Source: a virus (lineage: Duplodnaviria > Caudoviricetes). Taken from it: a stretch of DNA of 61,271 nucleotides. This document shows positions 19,121-28,828 of this stretch, piece after piece. Location of the stretch: positions 1 to 61,271 of IMG/VR virus record IMGVR_UViG_3300032083_000576, one strand, 5' to 3'. The position numbers and the translations under genes are program-made. The notes beneath the pieces were generated by a model. The model had not been told where the DNA came from and made no database searches. It saw only the letters and a list, made by a program, of their open reading frames with translations. Positions within the stretch are counted from its first letter, which is position 1. Each line of letters begins with the position of its first letter.

Positions 19121-19591
19121 ATGGCTATGACACCGACAGAAGAAATAATGATGATGGGACAAAGAGCAGATGTACCTATGGGTGATCCTAACGCACCTGC
19201 GCCACAGGCACCACCAGAAGCAATGGATGCAATGGATGCAATGACAGCCCTTATGGGTAATGAAGCAAGTTTAGGTTCAGAGATGGACAGACAGATGCCC
19301 GCGGACAGTGCTCAAATGATGGACGAAGATGCAGGAGCTTTAGCAGAAGCCGTGGTCGGCAGAGCAGGTGGGGATGTTATGGGTGCTATCGCATTATTAG
19401 ATAACGCAAAAGCCATGTTAATGGCTAGTGCCGAACAACCACAAATGGCGGCACAAGGTGGTGGTTTAATGCGTAAAGGCGATAAAAAATCTGTTGGTAT
19501 GTATAAAGACGGCGGGGTTATGTATAACAAAGGTGGTGGAGCAATGACTCCAGAAGAAGCCCTAAAACAACTAAACGACTACAGGTCTTAG
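19121..19591 (+). CDS. Met/Ala-rich small protein
   Basis: AGGAGA SD; AQGG, YKDGG, YNKGG motifs. Confidence 0.65.
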   Translation: MAMTPTEEIMMMGQRADVPMGDPNAPAPQAPPEAMDAMDAMTALMGNEASLGSEMDRQMPADSAQMMDEDAGALAEAVVGRAGGDVMGAIALLDNAKAMLMASAEQPQMAAQGGGLMRKGDKKSVGMYKDGGVMYNKGGGAMTPEEALKQLNDYRS

Positions 19592-21030
19592 CCGATCCAA
19601 TCTTTCCATTTATCATCACCTAGTACCTCTTGTGCTAGGTTGAGCTTATTTCGTAAAGCTTTTACAATTTTTTCATCAACGGTATCTTTCGATATCAAAT
19701 CAATATAAGTTACTTTATTTACCTGACCTATACGGTGCGCTCTGTCTTCAGATTGTAAACGTTTTTCTAAATCATAATTGTTACTATAATAAACAACATT
19801 ACTTGCTTGGTGTAGCGTGATCCCATAACCACCTGTTTGTGTATTACTAATTAAATATTGTAAACTAGAGTCGGGATCTTGGAATCTATCAATAATACCT
19901 TGACGGTCTTCTTCTGGTGTTCCGCCATAGTACGTAGCTACTGCGTCAACTCCTACAATATCATGTAACGTTCTTAAAATACGTTTTATATCGTATTGAT
20001 AGTTAGCCCATATAATTGTTTTACCTTGTATTTCTTCTAATACTTTTAATAATTCTTCGAGTCGATTGTTTTTAATTTCTATTTCTTCGCCTTCGTCGTG
20101 TTTTACAAACCCACAAGTAACTTGATGTAGTCGTAATATCTGTGTAAGTACCGAACTAACACTTACTATTTCATTAGATTCAAGTTCTGCTATTGCGTAA
20201 TCTTTTATTTGTGTATAGATTTTCTTTTGTTCAGGAGTAAGTTCTACTTCTCTTTTTTGATAAACCTTATCAGGAAGATCTAAACAATCTTTTTTCAGAA
20301 CTCTGTAAGAAAACTGGTTTACTTTTCCAGATAGTTCTTCTAGGTTTTGATACCCGACCACTTGTCTAAACGTTCGCTGCCCCATACTTCTATTTATTAC
20401 TTTCGCATAATGATTTTGGAAGGTATAAAAAGAAGAATAACCAAGTAATTCAGAACATAAGAACTCTGATTGACTAAATAGGTCTAGTGGTGACTGGGTA
20501 ACAGGAAAACCCGTTAGTATGCGTCTGTATTTGCTTTGTAATGCCAACTTAACAAGGTTCTTTGTCCGTTGTGCTTTCGGGTTCTTAATAGTAGTTGATT
20601 CGTCAACTGCCATCATAGCGTTATGAGTTAATAAAAACTTTTCTACAAACGCTACTCCTTTCTTAGTACTAAAGGCTTCTACGTTAATAACTAATATTTT
20701 TAAATCATCGGTTATATCAAATAGTTTTGTAAGTTGTAGTTTATCTTTTTTATTTGGAGCAGGATTCCAAACACCTATTCTTCTTAATACATGTTCAGGC
20801 ATGTGTGTGGGTATTTCACGTTCAGACCAGTTCTTATATACCCCCTTAGGGGCTACTATAACAGCGGCATTAATAGCTCCCCTGTCGTACAGTAGGGCTA
20901 TATTATCAACAAGTACTTTAGATTTACCTGTCCCCATTTCCATAAAATAAGCGAACTCTTTCTTATTCCAGGATCTTTTTAATGCTTCGAGTTGATGCTC
21001 GTAAGGCTCCGTTTTAAACTTATATTTCAT
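19588..21030 (-). CDS. SNF2-family helicase
   Basis: MEMGTGKS (Walker A), VDEST, LTGFP, GGYGITL, QSEDRAHRIGQ. Confidence 0.93.
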   Translation of the reverse strand: MKYKFKTEPYEHQLEALKRSWNKKEFAYFMEMGTGKSKVLVDNIALLYDRGAINAAVIVAPKGVYKNWSEREIPTHMPEHVLRRIGVWNPAPNKKDKLQLTKLFDITDDLKILVINVEAFSTKKGVAFVEKFLLTHNAMMAVDESTTIKNPKAQRTKNLVKLALQSKYRRILTGFPVTQSPLDLFSQSEFLCSELLGYSSFYTFQNHYAKVINRSMGQRTFRQVVGYQNLEELSGKVNQFSYRVLKKDCLDLPDKVYQKREVELTPEQKKIYTQIKDYAIAELESNEIVSVSSVLTQILRLHQVTCGFVKHDEGEEIEIKNNRLEELLKVLEEIQGKTIIWANYQYDIKRILRTLHDIVGVDAVATYYGGTPEEDRQGIIDRFQDPDSSLQYLISNTQTGGYGITLHQASNVVYYSNNYDLEKRLQSEDRAHRIGQVNKVTYIDLISKDTVDEKIVKALRNKLNLAQEVLGDDKWKDWIG

Positions 21031-21100
21031 AACAAACTTTCTAATTTCTAATGTGATATAGTATATATAAAAAGAATAAAATATAGTCCAAACAGAATAA

Positions 21101-21285
21101 TTCTCTTATGCCCTCTCATATTTCTAATAGATTTACCTGTTTCTAATAGAATTCACTTGAAATCTAATAGACTGTAGTCCTCTAAAATCCTATATTCTTC
21201 TCATAATCTATTAGATTATTAGACTTATTAGTAGTTTTCGTGATTTATTTTTAATAAAATTTTTATTTCTTAAAACTCCTATAAG
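21101..21285. repeat. Copy A of a diverged ~190-bp inverted repeat with CTAATAG/CTATTAG units; candidate origin
   Basis: Three CTAATAG then three inverted (C/T)TATTAG and an AT tract; 21207-21285 matches the reverse complement of 43026-43104 at 60/79 nt, ungapped, by hand count. Confidence 0.8.
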
Positions 21286-21294
21286 TAATATCCC

Positions 21295-21323
21295 TTTACT
21301 TTGCCGTTTTTGAAGAGTATCTT
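21295..21323 (+). promoter_or_regulatory. Promoter, TTTACT-N17-TATCTT
   Basis: Member of repeated promoter family; upstream of AGAAAGGAG SD and ATG 21352. Confidence 0.55.
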
Positions 21324-21351
21324 TATTCCTAAGAAATTAGAAAGGAGAAAA

Positions 21352-21672
21352 ATGACAGTATATGTTGTACAAGAAGTTACGGGACGGAATATTGCCTCTG
21401 CTAGACAGTATGGCGATTTTGAAGTTTTGTTACCTTCTCAAACCAATATAATGTTAAGTGCGGGTCCATCGGTTAGACGTATGAAGAAAATACTTCACGA
21501 CTATAAAGATGAGGACTACTTATTATTAATTGGAGATCCAGCGGCTATTGGAGTTGCGTGCTCAATAGCTGCATTTTATAATCGAGGTCGGTTTAGTATC
21601 CTTAAATGGGATAGACAGGAAGGGGTTTATTACCCAGTCCATATCGACCTACATCAGAAAGGAGAATTATGA
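21352..21672 (+). CDS. Conserved phage hypothetical protein
   Basis: AGAAAGGAG SD before ATG 21352; VYVVQE, LLLIGDPAAI. Confidence 0.8.
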   Translation: MTVYVVQEVTGRNIASARQYGDFEVLLPSQTNIMLSAGPSVRRMKKILHDYKDEDYLLLIGDPAAIGVACSIAAFYNRGRFSILKWDRQEGVYYPVHIDLHQKGEL

Positions 21673-22244
21673 ATATAGAAAACCCAACTTTTGAAGAACT
21701 CATTGGCGAAGAGAACGTAGAATCGTTTAATGATATCAACGAAGGTGAACTTTCATTAGTTTCTGCTTTAGCAAATAAACAGGTTCAACTAGCTCAAGAA
21801 CTAGCGAGTTTAGAAGAAGCTGTAAAAGCTAAAAAAGAAGAGTTTAGATTAACTTCAGAACAAGAGTTACCTGAGGCAATGCAGACTGCAGGGCTGACGG
21901 AAATAGTACTAAGTACTGGTGAGAAAATCACTGTTGCTGAGTTTTATAACGCTCATATATCTAAAGCTAATCAAGACATTGCGTACCTATGGCTAACCCA
22001 AAACGGACACGCGGGCTTAATTAAAAATGAAGTCTCGTTAAAGTTTGGTAGAGACGAAGATAGAATTGTTGAAGAAACAGTTATAGCTTTGAAATCTAGA
22101 GGGCTTGCTCCTGAAGTACGTCAGAGCGTTCATCCCAGTACGTTAAAAGCTTTTGTAAAAGAGCAATTAACATCAGGGAAGGACATACCAACAGAACCAT
22201 TTGGAATCTATATAGGTTCTAAAGCAATTATTAAGAAGGATTAA
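21669..22244 (+). CDS. Conserved replication-module protein
   Basis: LPEAM, WLxxNGHxGLIK, VHPSTLKAFVKE. Confidence 0.75.
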   Translation: MNIENPTFEELIGEENVESFNDINEGELSLVSALANKQVQLAQELASLEEAVKAKKEEFRLTSEQELPEAMQTAGLTEIVLSTGEKITVAEFYNAHISKANQDIAYLWLTQNGHAGLIKNEVSLKFGRDEDRIVEETVIALKSRGLAPEVRQSVHPSTLKAFVKEQLTSGKDIPTEPFGIYIGSKAIIKKD

Positions 22245-22248
22245 TATT

Positions 22249-23049
22249 ATGGCAGAAGAAAAAACAAGCCTAGCTGAGGCGAAACAAACAGCAATCGCTA
22301 CTTTTGACGATGATTTATTATCGGGTGGCACTGGACTAGAAGAAACTACGACTGAGGATTTTGCGATCCCCTTTATTAGGATTCTTCAACAGATGTCCCC
22401 ACAACTTAATAAACAAGACGGACGTTATAACGTTGACGCAGAAGCAGGAATGCTTGTTAACACAGTGACTAATGAAGTTTATGACGGTGAGAAAGGTATT
22501 ACGGTTGTCCCGTGTGCTTATGTTAAAAAATATATCGAGTGGGTTCCACGTGAAAAAGGCGGTGGTATAGTAAACACTGACCACAGTGCTTCGATACTTA
22601 AATCTTGTAAAAAAGATCTTGAGTCTCGTAGATTATTCCTCGATAACGGTAACGAGATTGTAGAAACAGCACAGTTTTTTGTGTTGGTTTTAGAGCCTCA
22701 ACCACAACAAGCAGTTGTGGCATTTACCTCGACACAGTTAGGCGCTTCTAGGAAATGGCTTACTATGTTAAGAATGGCTAGAGTACAAACTAGCAAAGGT
22801 CAGTCAGTATCTGCCCCAATGTTCGCTTATCAATACAACTTAGGTACTTTATCTCAGTCTAATGATAAGGGTTCGTGGAACGGTTATACTGTAAACCAAG
22901 AGGGTCCAACCGACGTAGAGACAGCACGAATAGCTAAAGAGTTTATGGATGCGGCAAGATCGGGTGATGTAGAAGTAAAAGAAGAGCAGCAAAGAGACGG
23001 AGCTAGAGTAGAAGTGCCTACAGACTCCGAGGAAAATGCTCCCTTCTAA
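22249..23049 (+). CDS. Putative ssDNA-binding protein
   Basis: DFAIPFIRILQQMSPQ, NDKGSW, acidic tail ending APF; upstream of primase. Confidence 0.6.
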   Translation: MAEEKTSLAEAKQTAIATFDDDLLSGGTGLEETTTEDFAIPFIRILQQMSPQLNKQDGRYNVDAEAGMLVNTVTNEVYDGEKGITVVPCAYVKKYIEWVPREKGGGIVNTDHSASILKSCKKDLESRRLFLDNGNEIVETAQFFVLVLEPQPQQAVVAFTSTQLGASRKWLTMLRMARVQTSKGQSVSAPMFAYQYNLGTLSQSNDKGSWNGYTVNQEGPTDVETARIAKEFMDAARSGDVEVKEEQQRDGARVEVPTDSEENAPF

Positions 23050-23066
23050 AATAAAGGAGAAGACAT

Positions 23067-24590
23067 ATGTCGTTAGCAGAGGAATTTGCTACACGTTACG
23101 CTGGATTACGGCAAGCATATGGAACCTTTACCGCTACGAATGAATCACGGGAAGACGGGAAAGAGGGTGGTAGAAACGTCACTATCTCTAAGGAATTATC
23201 TGAAAAAGATGTCCTGGAGTTGTGGACAAACCATCTATCGGGTGAACAAAGCATTGGGCTCGTGCCTATTGACGAGAACAATGCTTGTGTTTGGGGTGCG
23301 ATTGATGTCGATGAATATCAATTGGATCTCAAGGGGCTATCTAAAAAATTAGCCAAACATAAGTTACCCTTAGTCCTTTGTCGAAGTAAAAGCGGTGGAG
23401 CACACATATACTTGTTTATAGAAGAACCAGTACCCGCGTCACTATTACAAAGAAAACTTAGGCAGTTAGCCGCGTCCATTGGATATGGTCAGGCAGAGAT
23501 ATTTCCTAAACAAACACAGTTGTTATTAGACAGGGGAGACAGAGGTAGCACATTAAACATGCCTTACTTTGGTGGAGAAAACTCTACTAGGTATGCGTAT
23601 GGTAAAGAAGGTCAGGCATTAAGTCCTGAAGAATTTATAGAAAGAGTTAAGGAAATAACCTTAACAAAAGATGCAATAGAAAAACTGGAGGCTAGTCCAT
23701 TAGTAGAAAAAATAGATTGGCTAGATCAATCACCACCATGTATACAACACTTAGTTGTCCAAGGGTTTCCTAAAGGAACTCGTAACTCTGGGTTGTTTAA
23801 TGTAGGTGTCTTTCTTCGTAAAAAGTATCCCGATGAATGGGAGTTACGATTAGAAAAGGTAAATTTAGAATACATGCAACCACCTTTAGGTGCGCAAGAA
23901 GTATTAACAATAACTAAACAATTAAAAAGGAAAGATTATTTTTACAGGTGTAACGACCAACCGATAGCAAGTCATTGTAATAGTCCTCTATGTAGAACTA
24001 GAAAACATGGTATAGGGGCTAACGGCGGTACTCCATTATTTAGTAATTTAACTAAACAAGACAGTGACCCACCTATTTGGTTCCTGGATGTTGAAGGAGG
24101 ACGATTAGAACTAGAAACAGACGATCTCTTAAATCAAAACAGATTCCAACGTAAATGTATGGATGCGTTAAATAAGATACCCCCGAAGGTAAAAGATAAC
24201 GTCTGGAGACAGATTATACAACAGCTATTAGATAGCCTAACCGTTGTAGAGGTTCCTAAAGAATCATCTACTGAAGGGCACTTCTTAGAGTTATTAGAAA
24301 CTTTTTGTACCGAACGACCTGCTCGTGAAAAAGATGAGTTACTTCTTCATAAACCATGGACAGATATAGGTAAAACTTATTTTAGATTAGCAGACCTTAT
24401 GGAATACTTACATCGAAATAACTTTAAAGATTACCCTAGAAATAAACTTACATCTAAATTAAAACAAATGGAAGGGAGTCCGCACTTCTTTAATATAAAA
24501 GGTCGAGGTGTTAACGTATGGTGTATTAATGAATTTGTTACTCAAACTGAGTCTCATGACTTACCTGAGTTTAACGAGAATCCGATATGA
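23067..24590 (+). CDS. AEP-type primase with PriCT-like domain
   Basis: WGAIDVD, SKSGGAH, LNMPY; PPCI...GTRN, Cys cluster CNDQPIASHCNSPLC. Confidence 0.8.
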   Translation: MSLAEEFATRYAGLRQAYGTFTATNESREDGKEGGRNVTISKELSEKDVLELWTNHLSGEQSIGLVPIDENNACVWGAIDVDEYQLDLKGLSKKLAKHKLPLVLCRSKSGGAHIYLFIEEPVPASLLQRKLRQLAASIGYGQAEIFPKQTQLLLDRGDRGSTLNMPYFGGENSTRYAYGKEGQALSPEEFIERVKEITLTKDAIEKLEASPLVEKIDWLDQSPPCIQHLVVQGFPKGTRNSGLFNVGVFLRKKYPDEWELRLEKVNLEYMQPPLGAQEVLTITKQLKRKDYFYRCNDQPIASHCNSPLCRTRKHGIGANGGTPLFSNLTKQDSDPPIWFLDVEGGRLELETDDLLNQNRFQRKCMDALNKIPPKVKDNVWRQIIQQLLDSLTVVEVPKESSTEGHFLELLETFCTERPAREKDELLLHKPWTDIGKTYFRLADLMEYLHRNNFKDYPRNKLTSKLKQMEGSPHFFNIKGRGVNVWCINEFVTQTESHDLPEFNENPI

Positions 24591-25168
24591 TGCATTTTAT
24601 GAAAGAGGGTATGAAAGAATATATCCCCTATATAGAGAAGTGGGACGCGCCGTCCGAAAGAATGTTTAACGGTAGAAAAGTTATGGGAAGACCTACCAGA
24701 GCGTTCGGCACTTCGTCTTTCGAATATGCTGGAAAGTTATATGAACCTGATCCATGGACTAAAAATATAGAATGGATAAAAGAAGGTGCAGAAGAATATG
24801 TAAAACGAGTCGTTGACCGTGAGGTAGAGTTTACTTTTTGTTTATGCGGTATGTATAAAAATGGTCGTATAGGTGTCCCAGCTCATTCAGATACTGTCCC
24901 TACCCAAAAAGACCTCGTTATTTCTATATCGTTTGGCGAACCAAGAATATTTACATGGAAAGAATACGATAGAAATATAAAAACTACATGTAATACGAGT
25001 GAGGTAGATATTACAGAAGCAAATATTAAAAAATACACCACCTATTTGTTAAGACATGGTGATGTGATTATATTTGATGGAGCTTCTCAAATGAATACAA
25101 CACATGCCGTACCCAGACTACGAGGAGTGGGCGAACGTATTAACCTTACTTTTAGGACTGGAATATGA
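24587..25168 (+). CDS. AlkB-like 2OG-Fe(II) dioxygenase
   Basis: HSD...ISISFGEPR...HAVP...RINLTFR. Confidence 0.9.
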   Translation: MMHFMKEGMKEYIPYIEKWDAPSERMFNGRKVMGRPTRAFGTSSFEYAGKLYEPDPWTKNIEWIKEGAEEYVKRVVDREVEFTFCLCGMYKNGRIGVPAHSDTVPTQKDLVISISFGEPRIFTWKEYDRNIKTTCNTSEVDITEANIKKYTTYLLRHGDVIIFDGASQMNTTHAVPRLRGVGERINLTFRTGI

Positions 25169-25314
25169 ATTGTTGGCATTGTAAAACAGAATTAATTTGG
25201 GGCGGAGACCATGAGATTGAAGAAGAAAGTGAAGATTACAGCATGGTTACTAATTTATCTTGTCCTAACTGTGCTGCTTTTGTAGAGGTTTATTATAAAA
25301 ATGACATTACCTGA
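25165..25314 (+). CDS. 49-aa zinc-ribbon protein; not in ORF track
   Basis: MNCWHC...WGGDH...LSCPNC; ATGA coupling. Confidence 0.75.
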   Translation: MNCWHCKTELIWGGDHEIEEESEDYSMVTNLSCPNCAAFVEVYYKNDIT

Positions 25315-26797
25315 CCACACACAAGTAATTCTTGGACCACCTGGAACAGGAAAGACAAGTACATTACTTGGTCTTATAGAAGACGAATTAGAAAAACAAA
25401 CAGACCCAACTCGAATAGGTTTTTTTACGTTTACGAAAAAAGCTGTAAACGAGGGCAAACAACGTGCGATGGAAAGGTTTGACTTATCGCAGAGAGATTT
25501 ACCTTTCTTTCGCACACTTCATTCATTAGCGTTTAGACAACTAGGGCTTTCTAAAGAAAGCGTTATGGATTTAAAAGATATAAGAGAACTAAACGAAGTT
25601 CTTAATTTAAGATTAACGGGTGGAGTAAATACTGATTCAGGACATTTGTTTGGCATGAGCCACGACGATCGACTAGCGTTTATAGAAAACCTATCCCGTA
25701 TGCGTCAAGTATCTTTAGAAGATCAATGGCACGATGTTGATGATGCAGTAGGTTGGTTTGAATTAGAACGTTACGCGCGAGGGTTACAGTTATTTAAAGA
25801 TGATAGGTTGTTAGTTGATTATACTGATATGTTAAAACTGTTTTTAGAAAAAGGAGACGTACCAAAACTAGAGGCAGTTTTTGTAGATGAGGCACAAGAC
25901 TTATCCCCCCTACAGTGGTCAGTGGTTCGTAAGATTATAAAAAATGCAGATAGAGTTTATGTTGCTGGCGATGATGATCAAGCAATCTATAAATGGGCAG
26001 GAGCCGATGTAGATTATTTAATTAAAAACGCAACTAATGCTACGATCCTAGAACAGTCTTATCGAATACCGTCAGCTGTTCATGAATTAGCGAGCCGATG
26101 TATTGGTCAAGTTAGATCCAGGATACATAAATCATGGTTGCCTAGAAAAGAAACAGGTTTAGTTAGGTGGGAGCCATCTATCGAATTGATCGATATGGAA
26201 AAAAGTGATTGGTTAGTTCTTGCGCGGACTAATTATTTACTAGAACAGATAGATGAATACTGTAGAAATGAAGGTTGGTTTTTTGAAGTTAAGGGAAGAC
26301 CTAGTATTTCTGAATCAAAAGTCAGAGCCGTACTAAATTGGCAAAAACTACAGCTAGGGGATAGTTTACCCCTTTCAGAATGCGTCAATCTGTTAAAATT
26401 TGTTAACGTTCGTAGGGCTAACTCCCTAGATGTTTTAGAGATTGACGCGATGATGACGCTAACTAGTCTTAAAGAACGCTTTCCTGACCTACCTGAAGGT
26501 GATTGGTACGATGCGCTTACAGGATTAAGCCCAAAAGACATCAGTTACATTCGAGCGATGTTACGTAGAGGAGAAAAAATTACTAAAGAACCTAGAATTA
26601 GGTTATCGACCATACATGCTGCAAAAGGTGGGGAGGCAACCAACGTAGTTTTGTTAACTGATATAACAAACAGGGTTTATAAAACATACCAACAAAATCC
26701 TGATGATGAAAACAGAGTGTTTTATGTTGGGCTTACTAGGGCAAAAGAAAACTTGTACCTTATTGAGCCCTCAACAACGCGCTGCTTCCAAATATAA
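25301..26797 (+). CDS. UvrD/Rep-like SF1 helicase
   Basis: GPPGTGKT, VDEAQD, AGDDDQAIY, QSYR, TIHAAKGGE, YVGLTRAK. Confidence 0.95.
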   Translation: MTLPDHTQVILGPPGTGKTSTLLGLIEDELEKQTDPTRIGFFTFTKKAVNEGKQRAMERFDLSQRDLPFFRTLHSLAFRQLGLSKESVMDLKDIRELNEVLNLRLTGGVNTDSGHLFGMSHDDRLAFIENLSRMRQVSLEDQWHDVDDAVGWFELERYARGLQLFKDDRLLVDYTDMLKLFLEKGDVPKLEAVFVDEAQDLSPLQWSVVRKIIKNADRVYVAGDDDQAIYKWAGADVDYLIKNATNATILEQSYRIPSAVHELASRCIGQVRSRIHKSWLPRKETGLVRWEPSIELIDMEKSDWLVLARTNYLLEQIDEYCRNEGWFFEVKGRPSISESKVRAVLNWQKLQLGDSLPLSECVNLLKFVNVRRANSLDVLEIDAMMTLTSLKERFPDLPEGDWYDALTGLSPKDISYIRAMLRRGEKITKEPRIRLSTIHAAKGGEATNVVLLTDITNRVYKTYQQNPDDENRVFYVGLTRAKENLYLIEPSTTRCFQI

Positions 26798-26804
26798 AAA
26801 CTTC

Positions 26805-26834
26805 TTTACTTTGCACATAAAAGTAAAGGATAAT
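26805..26834 (+). promoter_or_regulatory. Promoter of nucleotide-modification cluster, TTTACT-N18-GATAAT
   Basis: Family motif, with CTTTACT/AGTAAAG inverted repeat and AGAAAGGAG SD downstream. Confidence 0.55.
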
Positions 26835-26861
26835 TAAATCTGTTAAAAGAAAGGAGAAAAT

Positions 26862-27713
26862 ATGTCATCTATAAGAAAAAAATTAAAAGTTAATGAAAAC
26901 GATAGCAAAAATACTCGTATGGATTTAGCTTCTGCAGGAGTCCTAGGAAACTGGAGACCTGATGAATTAGCTCATATGAGTCGATTCGATAAAATTGCGA
27001 GTCTTGCTATAGAAGAGGCTAAATTGTTAGGCAGACCATTAGATACCTTAGAAATAGGTTGTGGTGAGTGTTGGTCTTTACGTGTGCTTTATAAAGCGTA
27101 CGTCGTAAAAAAGTCTGATATTATTAGTTCGTATAAAGGATACGATATTGATCCTGCCTGTGAACTAGATAATAGGTTCTGGTCTAACGGCGGTGGAGAA
27201 CTAAAAGATTCTACTTGGTTTAAGAATTTCAATGGCGAAATACGTATACAAGATTTAACAACTAATCCGATATTAGATATACCTGACGAAAGTATAGATT
27301 TCTTTTGGTCTACTGAAGTTATAGAACACATGGGTAGAGAATTTGTTCCACCATGGCTTGATGAAGCTGCAAGGGTTATGAGACCTGATGCTATCGCTTA
27401 TATATCAACACCCAACCATGACGGCTCTAACGATAAGTTGCCCGAGGATCATGTCTACGAATGGGGTTTTCAAGAATTAAAAGAAGAACTAGAAAGAAAC
27501 TTCCGTATAGAAGCAGTAACAGGTACGTTTATGCAAATGCCTAAATTAAAGAAAGCTATGTCTCAAGTAACTGAAATGAATGCTAGAGGGTGGAGCATAG
27601 AACAACTTTTAATGTTACAAGAACGTTTCGGTAAACAGTTTTTAAGAATGGCGGCAGCTGTATTCTATCCAGAGATAGCAAACAACTGCGCGTGGAGGCT
27701 CGTTAAGAAGTGA
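26862..27713 (+). CDS. Class I SAM-dependent methyltransferase
   Basis: LEIGCG motif I, GYDID, STEVIEH, ISTPN, HVYEW. Confidence 0.85.
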   Translation: MSSIRKKLKVNENDSKNTRMDLASAGVLGNWRPDELAHMSRFDKIASLAIEEAKLLGRPLDTLEIGCGECWSLRVLYKAYVVKKSDIISSYKGYDIDPACELDNRFWSNGGGELKDSTWFKNFNGEIRIQDLTTNPILDIPDESIDFFWSTEVIEHMGREFVPPWLDEAARVMRPDAIAYISTPNHDGSNDKLPEDHVYEWGFQELKEELERNFRIEAVTGTFMQMPKLKKAMSQVTEMNARGWSIEQLLMLQERFGKQFLRMAAAVFYPEIANNCAWRLVKK

Positions 27714-28594
27714 TTCACGAACTACGAGAAAGACTCGATACCTACTTTTATTGGATACACGAACGGGAAACTATTCGTTTAAATAAAGAAGTAGAACAAA
27801 AACCACCACCTTGGACGGATGATTCTATCTTACAAAAGTTTAAGTTTTGTCAAGTCTTTCGAGAAGATGATAGAACAACACGTTGGTTTAGAACTCATAT
27901 CCGAGACCCTTACCGAGACGACCCTGAGGTATTAATGGCTACGGTAATCTTCCGTTGGTTTAATTACATAGAAACAGGAAGGACTTTAGTAAAGAATAAA
28001 CTACACCTAGAGTGGGATAGAAAGAAAGCTATCGAAGAAATAACAAAACAAAATAAATGGGTAACAGGTGCTTATATTGTTAAGACACCTAACCGCATGG
28101 ATAAAGTAACAGGGGTGGCTGAATGTATATCCCATATGTGGGGAGATAGAGAAAAGCTAGTAGAAAAAATACTCGCGACTAATTCATTAGAAAAATCTTG
28201 GAACATATTAAGAGATTATCCGTACATGGGTCCATTCATGGCTTATGAGGTCATAACGGATTTAAGACATACTTATTTATTACGAGATGCTGAAGATATA
28301 CTAACTTGGGCTAATGCTGGTCCAGGAGCCATGCGGGGACTTAATAGGCTCGCGGGCAGAGAACTTGGGTTCTGTAAACGCAGTCACCCGTGGAACGAAG
28401 AAATGAGAAACTTATGGGAAATATCTCGTGAAAAACTCAACCCTAACTTAATCGATTTAGATAAGTTTGAAATGAGAGAGATAGAAGGAGGACTTTGTGA
28501 ATTTGATAAATACTCTAGAATTCTAAATGAAGAGGGAAGAACACGAAGTGTATATAAGTATAACGAAGATCTACCTTTGGTAGAAGAAATATAG
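27710..28594 (+). CDS. aGPT-Pplase1 / 5-hmdU DNA kinase helical-domain protein
   Basis: ERExIR...PWTDDxILxxFKFCxVFREDDR, FRWFN, GPFMAYEVITDL, GPGAMRGL, EGGLCEFDKY. Confidence 0.85.
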   Translation: MIHELRERLDTYFYWIHERETIRLNKEVEQKPPPWTDDSILQKFKFCQVFREDDRTTRWFRTHIRDPYRDDPEVLMATVIFRWFNYIETGRTLVKNKLHLEWDRKKAIEEITKQNKWVTGAYIVKTPNRMDKVTGVAECISHMWGDREKLVEKILATNSLEKSWNILRDYPYMGPFMAYEVITDLRHTYLLRDAEDILTWANAGPGAMRGLNRLAGRELGFCKRSHPWNEEMRNLWEISREKLNPNLIDLDKFEMREIEGGLCEFDKYSRILNEEGRTRSVYKYNEDLPLVEEI

Positions 28595-28606
28595 AAAGGA
28601 GAAAAG

Positions 28607-28828
28607 ATGAGCGGATATAAAGATATAGCTATAGATTTATTAGAACAATACGGGGATGTAGTAGATATATATTACACACAGTTTTTAGAGGTGGCTTTCT
28701 TTTTAAAAGTACCTGCAAGCTACGAAATGGCTTTAGGTTTCTTAAAAAAGAAACTACCACAACTTACAGACGAACAATTACATTTCCTAATTAACGAAAT
28801 AACAAGCGCATACCAAGATACGATATGA
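28607..28828 (+). CDS. Hypothetical protein
   Basis: AGAAAGGAG SD; 73 aa. Confidence 0.7.
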   Translation: MSGYKDIAIDLLEQYGDVVDIYYTQFLEVAFFLKVPASYEMALGFLKKKLPQLTDEQLHFLINEITSAYQDTI

